A DNA stretch of 63,643 bases, counting the filler, from Rhabdomonas costata (taxonomy: Eukaryota), in the NCBI GenBank assembly GCA_019059605.1. It is 51 parts of 51 records of this genome, joined end to end, with 100 filler letters (N's around TTAATTAATTAA, not from the genome) between each part and the next. Parts side by side here need not be neighbours in the genome. Positions count along the whole stretch, not along the records: positions 56,245 to 57,394 come from JAHMHO010026191.1; positions 57,495 to 58,644 come from JAHMHO010026192.1; positions 58,745 to 59,893 come from JAHMHO010026193.1; positions 59,994 to 61,143 come from JAHMHO010026194.1; positions 61,244 to 62,393 come from JAHMHO010026195.1; positions 62,494 to 63,643 come from JAHMHO010026196.1; 45 more parts are not named here. One strand, given 5' to 3'. Below the pieces are notes generated by a model. The model was given only the letters and a program-made list of their open reading frames with translations. It was not told the DNA's origin and did no database searches. Positions within the stretch are counted from its first letter, which is position 1. Each line of letters begins with the position of its first letter. Shown here one piece after another: positions 56,388 through 63,643 of this stretch. A program made the translations under genes and the position numbers.

Positions 56388-56514
56388 GCTGGTTGTGCAC
56401 ATCGGGAACAGCGACAGGCACTACGCCGAGCACTATTTCACGAAGTGTGACGGCCAGAACGGCTTGGACGCCACCGAGGACATGCTTGCTACACAGACCA
56501 CCTCTGACGAATAG
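56388..56514 (+). CDS. Terminal exon of an unknown protein
   Basis: caacag| acceptor; GC3-rich LVVHIGNSDRHYAEHYF...TTSDE*. Confidence 0.5.
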
Positions 56515-57494
56515 TGCGTCTGTGTGTGGCTTTAAGCGGGGTTTGTGTGACTTAAGTGTGGCGCGCTTCTTCAACAACCAGCAACGTCTTCTTCTCGGCT
56601 GCTGCTCTTGTAGTTCTGCTCATTTGTGCAGAGCGTTTGGCGGTAATCGTATCGTGTTGCGGGTTCTCTTTTTTTTTTCGGAAAGGACTTTTCCCAGTCC
56701 TTGTGCAGCTCTTGCCCTTTGCCCTGGTGCTGTGATGTGTGAATGTCTTTTCGTTGCTGTGTCTCCCAGTCGATGTGCTGCGCTTGCTTTCGAACAAGTT
56801 GTAGCAGGGTTTTAGGGGCTTTTTCAAGAAGGTATCCGTCCATTTGTGTCTTTGCAGCTCCTCCTCTTGAAGGAACGGATTGTGTCCATCCTTTGCTGAG
56901 TGAGATCTGCGAAGGGTACGGGTACGATTTGGGCTCCCTTGCTGGGATTTCTTGGATGTGGGGAAAAATCATATTGGTAGGGTAGGTGCGCCTTTCGGGG
57001 TGGGTTTGTCCACGAGGTTCGGGGTGGGTGCAGCATCAACCTCTTCACTGGACCACCAGGGGGTTCCTCAGCCTTCGTCGGAGGTTGTCCGCTGTCGCGT
57101 GTGCAGTCACAGCGGTTTGCCTGCGCGGGGCTTCTAGGGTTATTCCAGTGGAACCTCTTCGTTTCGTGCCTCTCTCTCTCTCTCTTTCTCCAATATGTTT
57201 GTGCAGCGATGTGTCACGCACTGTACCTCTCCCTTGCCGTCCAATTTGCCTGATTACCGGCCTGCCTCATTATCCCCATTATGTTTTTTCTTCTTTCCGC
57301 TCTCTCTTGTGTATTCACTGTGTGATGTGGCTTGTGTGGCTTGTGTGTCGCGCTGTGTGTGCCCGTGGCCCTCACAGCGCGACACACAACCCACNNNNNN
57401 NNNNNNNNNNNNNNNNNNNNNNNNNNNNNNNNNNNNNNTTAATTAATTAANNNNNNNNNNNNNNNNNNNNNNNNNNNNNNNNNNNNNNNNNNNN

Positions 57495-58644
57495 TATTTA
57501 GATGTGTAGCTCTTGTAATTGCTGTATAAATCCATCGTCTATCTGTATATGCAATATTCGCATCAAAAATTGTATATGGTTTAGTAATCGTTAATCCTTG
57601 TGTTGAATGACACGTGAAACAGTGCGGCAAACTTATATATTTCAATTGATTATAAGTGATATACATTTCTTTATTTTCATACACACTTTTAATTTTGAAC
57701 AGATATTTATTATCTGAATAATGTTCTAAAATCTGATACAGATAATTTGTATATAATTGTGCTTTTTTTCTTTTTAGGGGTTGTCTACAAATAATGTACT
57801 GTCCAACATGATATTTAAAATCATATGTTTTGTTATTGTGCTCGTGTTTAAATTCAATGTATTCATCTGGTACAACTACTAAATTATCTTGAACATGTTT
57901 ATTTATTTTGTATGCTCTTGATCTAAAATAGGATATATTGTCATGAGTAATTAGCTTAGAGATATTACTAATAATTTTAAAATCATACTTTTTGAAAATA
58001 TCAATAATATTTAGTGTATTATCGAAAATATCTTTCTTAAGATTCTTGAGTTTTTCTCTATCTTCTGGATCTTTCAAACGTTTATTCATTCGTAACATGA
58101 TATGAGCATCAAACATACTCATAATGCAATCAACAAGATACTTATTTTTCGATCTAATGTTATTAAAATCAAAATTCAACGGTAAATTTTGCGCATCATC
58201 ACCATTAGCAATGATTTTTTTATCTGGGTGTGCCTTGATAAAGCGTTGAATACTTGAAAGTAATTGAGGATCATATAATAAAATTTCTTCAAAGACAACA
58301 CAAACAAAATTAGATACATCAAACACTTTACGTTTTGAATTTTTACCATTAATATTAAGTGACATTAGATTATGTAATGTGATAGCCATATGACCTTTAA
58401 TAATTAATTCTTGACATAGTTGATTATAAGGTGTAACATACAATATATTTTCCCCAGCTAGTGATGAAGCATAACTTTTTCCTCCTCCTGCATATTCACT
58501 CCATATCATAATTAGTTGATGTTTATTTAAAATATCTTTTATTTCAATATTATATGCTTCTGGATCTTCAAAGAAATGTTCTTCAGATTTAAGATAATAT
58601 GTACTTACAACTCTAGAATTATATTTAACGTCATCTACATATTG
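57495..58644 (-). CDS. Superfamily 1 (RecD/PIF1-like) helicase, intronless and AT-rich, likely from a Polinton-like or other DNA virus; partial at both ends
   Basis: The whole contig is one open frame: Walker A AGGGKS, Walker B variant VVFEEI, motif III GDDAQN, motif V TCHSTQGLTI, motif VI YTAITRA. GC is far below that of the host contigs. Confidence 0.9.
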
Positions 58645-59995
58645 NNNNNNNNNNNNNNNNNNNNNNNNNNNNNNNNNNNNNNNNNNNNTTAATTAATTAA
58701 NNNNNNNNNNNNNNNNNNNNNNNNNNNNNNNNNNNNNNNNNNNNGGTTGGTGGTAAGAGCGAGGTTGCAAGCGACACCTCCGCTCAGGACGATGAGGCCG
58801 TGAATGCGGTGGACATCCCTCTAAATGTAGAATGAGATAGAGGCCCAGTGACTGGGATCCCGCGTGTATTGTAGAGTCAGTCCTCCGAAATGTTTTTGCT
58901 GCACTCCCCTCCCTTACACACTGGGTCGCTTTTGGCAGCCTCACTCTTACCACTCTTTGCCCTCCAGGAGTGTGCTTCCCCGCAGTTCTCTGTGAATGAG
59001 CTCTGGCTTTCCCTTTTTTATCCCTTTCTTGTTCCTTGTGTGTTGTTTGCTGTTTGCTATTCGCCGTGTGCACGTGGGTCTTTCACTGAACATTGGTGAC
59101 GCTGTGAATTGGTTTTGTTTTCAAAAAACCTAACAATAATATCCTAATAATCCTCAATGGTTATCTGTCATAGTTGCACTAGTTTTTCTCAGAAGCACCA
59201 CTTTCGGATGGAGAATTCCTAATTCTCGGGAATTTGCTGTGCGTGGGGGTGGGCATCGAATTTTGCTCCCCGTGACCTGCGACCGCGAATAGTTTTCATT
59301 AGGGGGGGGTTTCTTCAGTGCAACAGAGCGTACTGCCCATCACCCAAAAAGTATGAAGTTCGACTAGAAGAAAAAAGTTGAAAATTAAGCACAACAGAGA
59401 TGCGGTACATGCCTAATTAAACCCATATCATTGTTGTCATGTCCCAAGTGCTCGAGTTGGTAATCGACTTTAACTGTAAAGGGGGCCTTTCTCACCTCAC
59501 AGAGACTCGCTCGCAGCCAAAAGTCGCCCCCCGATGCGCAGAACGAGGTATGGAGCGCCCTCATCTTCCCTCTCCGCTCCATGGAAGCTCTCTCGCTAAT
59601 TGATCGAAGAACCGATCTTTGAGGGTAAATCCAACAGCCCGCTGCTCTCACAAAGCGCTAAAGACTCTTTTGGAGTCGTCCCCGATTTACTTTCCTTTGA
59701 TCCTTTTCAATGTGCTGATTTTGCCTTTCGTGATGCCTTCCTGTTCGGATTTGGTGCGTTGCACTTCCTTTTTCCTTTGCCTTACACACATGGCTCTTTT
59801 TAACCTAAATAGGACTTTTTGTGGTGCTGGCATTTGGTTAAAAAGAGCCATGTGTGTAAGGCAAAGGAAAAAGGAAGTGCAACGCACCAAACCNNNNNNN
59901 NNNNNNNNNNNNNNNNNNNNNNNNNNNNNNNNNNNNNTTAATTAATTAANNNNNNNNNNNNNNNNNNNNNNNNNNNNNNNNNNNNNNNNNNNNCC

Positions 59996-61007
59996 AAGCT
60001 GGGCTGCGGGGTGGAGTTTGCCGTGGACGGCCTGCAGGCGGTGCGCTTCTTTGTCGCGGTGTGAGTGCACCCGACCCCCTGCTTAAAATGCTCTGGATTT
60101 TTTCTCTGGTGCTGATTTTTCCCCGCGCCCATGTATGCTCTTTGGCTGAGTCTATACGACCATGTGCGAAGAAGGATGGTGCTCACTTTAAAATGGACCT
60201 TCATGTCCTGTCGATTATTTTTAGTGCATGTGAGTGGAGGTGGGGGGTGGGGGGCTCAAATTGTTTGGTGTTCTAAACGTTCAGGGATTTGCTCCCCAAA
60301 AGCACGCTTCTCGCCGCGATGTCTGTTTTTTATCTCCTTTTGCCTTCTTTCTCCAGGGTCCTTCCTTGCCAGCGATGGATAGCACCTCACAATCGCCGCT
60401 CGGCGATTTGCGGGAGGACAGTGCGACTATTGAACTACCCGTGAACCCCTTGCACCCAAAGAGTGTGCCCAGTTGCGCGGCAGTTGCGCACTGCTGTGTG
60501 GACATCGTTTTCATGGACGTATGCGTGTGCTTTCGTGTGGAGTGCCTCGAGTGCACTGCCGGGGAGGGCACCCCCCATCCCCGTCTGCGCTAGTCGCCTG
60601 ACTGCAAACCTGCCGATCTGTGATCCAGAGCCCCTTGTAGTTTCCCTTGTGTTGTAAGGCATGCTTCAAACGTGGCGGCCCCATTGCGTGGGAATAAGTT
60701 TTGAGCGACACTTTCTTTTTACACATGAACAGGATTTCTGCACCGGCAACTGAATTGACGTTGAGGTTCCTTTTCCCGCAAGTGTCTGCATTAATTTTCG
60801 CTGCTCCAGGTTTCGATGCCTGTGATGAATGGCATTGAGGCCACGCGGAGGATCCGGGCGTTGGGGGTGACCGTGCCCATCATTGGGTTGACCGCGGACA
60901 TCACCCGAGAGACGCGAGAGGCCTCGCTGGAGTCTGGGATGAGTGAGGTGATGCTGAAGCCAATCAAGTTCCGGACATTCTCGGAGTGCATCCACCGCTG
61001 GGTATGA
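59996..61007 (+). CDS. C-terminal receiver domain of a probable hybrid histidine kinase; exons ~59996-60058, 60357-60518, 60810-61007
   Basis: KLGCGVEFAVDGLQAV ... DIVFMD|VSMPVMNGIEATRRIR...PIIGLTAD...GMSEVMLKPI includes the phosphoacceptor Asp, Thr and Lys-Pro. Confidence 0.93.
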
Positions 61008-61959
61008 CATCCCGTGGTTTCCGTCACTCTTCGATTCGCCCTTAATTTGCCGATCTTTCTTTTTTCAGAATACCCAGCTGCTGCGGATTCGCCTTTCTAG
61101 ATGGCTTTGCCCGCGTCACCTTCCGATGGAGAGAGAGAGAGAGNNNNNNNNNNNNNNNNNNNNNNNNNNNNNNNNNNNNNNNNNNNNTTAATTAATTAAN
61201 NNNNNNNNNNNNNNNNNNNNNNNNNNNNNNNNNNNNNNNNNNNCTTTTAAGTGCTCCTCTCCGCGCGTACATTGGCTTCCAACTTGTGTAACGGCGAGCG
61301 ACGTTTGTTTTTCGGCGGTGCGGGATCGTCGGAAAAATATTAATGAAAGCGCAAAAGAAGGAAAGAACCCAAAAAAAAATTCTTTCTTATTTTCTTTATT
61401 TGATGTGCCTTTGAAGTGTTTCTGATATTTTTCCAGTTTTCGTATATTGGGCGAATTCGGCTTTGAAACGTCACATTGCCTCTGACGCTCGAGTATGAGC
61501 CCGAACCGGTCCGTTTCGGTTGGAGCTTCATATGTGACGTGGTAACCCATTCCCATGATCTCCCGCGACACCTCGAAGCAGCAGATGCTGAAGGTCACCG
61601 TGTAGAGTAAGGTGCCGGTTTTTGGACGGTGCGAGATGTGGCAGTGATTCTCACGTCAAGCAAGGTAAAGTAAAGCAAAGCAGAGCAGAGCAAAGAGGCA
61701 AACGTGTCCATGGTTTCCGTAGTCGGATGTTGTTGGGAACGCTCACCAAATGACGGCTCAGACCTGGTGACAAAAAACAAAAGGCCCGGAGGGGAGTCAC
61801 CAACTCAATGATGGGCCTACGATGTTGTTGATCAGAGTCTTGGGATTGTGTTTGTTTCTGTAGAAACAGATGTAAATATTCTTTTTTCGGGACTAAGGCT
61901 TGCGCCGTCCCGCTGTACTATTGGCACCCCTTATTGGCAGACCTTTTTCAGACTACTAC

Positions 61960-62107
61960 TATGTAATATATAACCTTATAACCGTATAAAAGACGCTCAT
62001 TTTTTGTGTTCTAGGTTCCTGAAATTTGAAAACTCACTTTACTCAATTTCAGGAACCTAGAACACAACATGAACATCTTTTATATGGTTACCAGGTAATA
62101 TAATGTA
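61960..62107. repeat. Internal AT-rich imperfect palindrome (MITE or foldback-like)
   Basis: Perfect 22-bp arms at 62005-62026 and 62045-62066, extended by about 40 bp of diverged arms (TAACCGTATAAAAGACGCTCAT / ATGAACATCTTTTATATGGTTA). Confidence 0.8.
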
Positions 62108-62608
62108 TGGTTTTACCTCGGACTCAGTACGTAACTTTTTTGTGGGTGCTTGCTTTTCCTTTTGAAAGCTCGCTTTGGGTCGTCGCACCCCCCGCCCCTA
62201 ATCACTGCGAGCTTGGTCAAAGACAAGAGAAATCGTCGAAAAATTGTTGGTAAAAGCGCAAATAGAAAGAAAGTCATCAAACTTATTTCCGAGAACACTG
62301 AGAAAAAGACGCGAAAACCGCCAAACTACAAAACTTGCAGCCACCCACTCGCTGCGGGCATTCAACCCAAATTAAGCAGAATGCGAAATACTCNNNNNNN
62401 NNNNNNNNNNNNNNNNNNNNNNNNNNNNNNNNNNNNNTTAATTAATTAANNNNNNNNNNNNNNNNNNNNNNNNNNNNNNNNNNNNNNNNNNNNTGTTGGT
62501 GTTTCAGGAGTGTGAAGGATGCATGGACACGAAAACAAATTGATTCTTAAGGTCACGGACAACAGCAACCATGACTCCGTCCCACAACCACACACAGAGA
62601 GAAAAGCA

Positions 62609-62639
<31 letters not shown>

Positions 62640-63384
62640 TTGGTGCACTTGGCCAGGATGAATTTTTCTGGGGAGGACTCGAGGTCCACTGACCCCCTGG
62701 GCTCCCACCTTTCGATGGGGCATGGTCCATCGGGCCTCACACTCTTGTCGACTCATAGGTGCCTTGTCCCGCTGATTGTCACGTTGAGTTGGGTTACCCC
62801 ACGTGACTTCCAATACGTGTACGCGGGGCCTTGGGAACCCCGAGTGGCGAGTTTAGAGATCTCTTTGTGGGTACCTTCCGCGCTCGTACACTTCCTCGAA
62901 CTCAAGCTCTCCTGTCCAGTCTGCCCATCTCTGAACATGCGTCCCAGCCCGGATGCTTGACCCGATATCACCTCTGCGGCCGTCACTGCAAGGGTGATTC
63001 TGGGGGCGTCGGTCTACTCGCTGAGGCTGTCTCACTCTGACGGAACGCCGAGGGGGTAATTTGTCATGAGTAACGATTGTTGCGGTTCTGGTGGAGGATG
63101 CGGTTGTCCGGCCCTGCACCCACTCCAGAGTTTCTCCCTTTATTGTCCCCAGGGACCGCTCGGATCACTGCTTCTCTCCTTGTGCACCTCTTCACCACAT
63201 CCGTCACTGTGGCTTTCACCTTTCACACACACACATGGCGCCTTGGCGCGGTGTGCTGTGGCGTGTCCTTGTGCTGCTTGTTCTGCACACCTGTTTTTTT
63301 TTTGGCGCATTCACGGTGCTGCTGTTCGTGCTGGACAACACGACGGGCATTGGGGTGAGGGTGTGCGCCGTGCCCATCCACACA

Positions 63385-63415
<31 letters not shown>

Positions 63416-63422
63416 AGCATAG

Positions 63423-63643
63423 CACGGAGCACCTGGAGCGAAAAACTACTACACGAGTACGATCTCTACAAAGTCTCTTCGCCCAGGACCCGAGCGAGGC
63501 TCTTTCTCAGTTGGGTCAAGGAGGAGCGGAGGAAGATCCACAGTACCTCCTCCGCGGCGCACAAGGACGAGCAGCGACGCTGGCGGCGGCAGTACTTTCC
63601 CGAGGAGGCTTCCCAGAGGCGTCAGTCCAGCCAGCGTTCGAGA
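63423..63643 (+). CDS. Probable exon of an unknown protein (not in the ORF track)
   Basis: catag| acceptor followed by the GC3-rich frame RSTWSEKLLHEYDLYKV...WRRQYFPEE to the window end. Confidence 0.4.

Noticed and set aside
59750-59891. ~56-bp-arm inverted repeat giving mirrored ORFs
   Set aside because: Contig-terminal perfect copy; probable amplification fold-back.

Overview
This window is not contiguous DNA. It is a concatenation of about 51 unrelated ~1.15-kb contigs joined by artificial 100-nt spacers (N44-TTAATTAATTAA-N44), so adjacency across spacers has no meaning and ORFs running into X are artefacts. Many contig ends carry G/T-only primer remnants (GTGGTGGGTGTGTTTGG) and fold-back inversions typical of GenomePlex-type whole-genome amplification. 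The source is an intron-rich eukaryote, most likely a euglenid (inference): splice donors are mostly GT/GC-N-Y-G rather than GTRAGT, and there are EWMYQL-type cyclases, a WS/DGAT exon, single-hairpin AGA-box RNAs and a match to the 3' end of the euglenid spliced leader. Recognisable gene fragments are SF3B1, a VHS(-GAT) protein, DDI1, Sel1 repeats, an ART-like ADP-ribosyltransferase, class III cyclases, a metallophosphoesterase, two receiver domains, TRPV-like ankyrin repeats, an LRR protein, XYLB, TOP3B and a small His-rich peptide. The most interesting signals are: (1) a self-overlapping 1083-bp non-coding contig (22500-23652) with two long hairpins, a mirrored iteron array and 10-bp-phased A-tracts, resembling a minicircle; (2) non-coding contigs sharing a conserved ~80-bp core and GCGNAGC mini-hairpins; (3) three covarying single-hairpin AGA-box pseudouridylation guide RNAs; (4) introns with paired ends or GC donors, including a TOP3B intron that restores a conserved Glu only if spliced non-canonically; and (5) an AT-rich, intronless, virus-like SF1 helicase.
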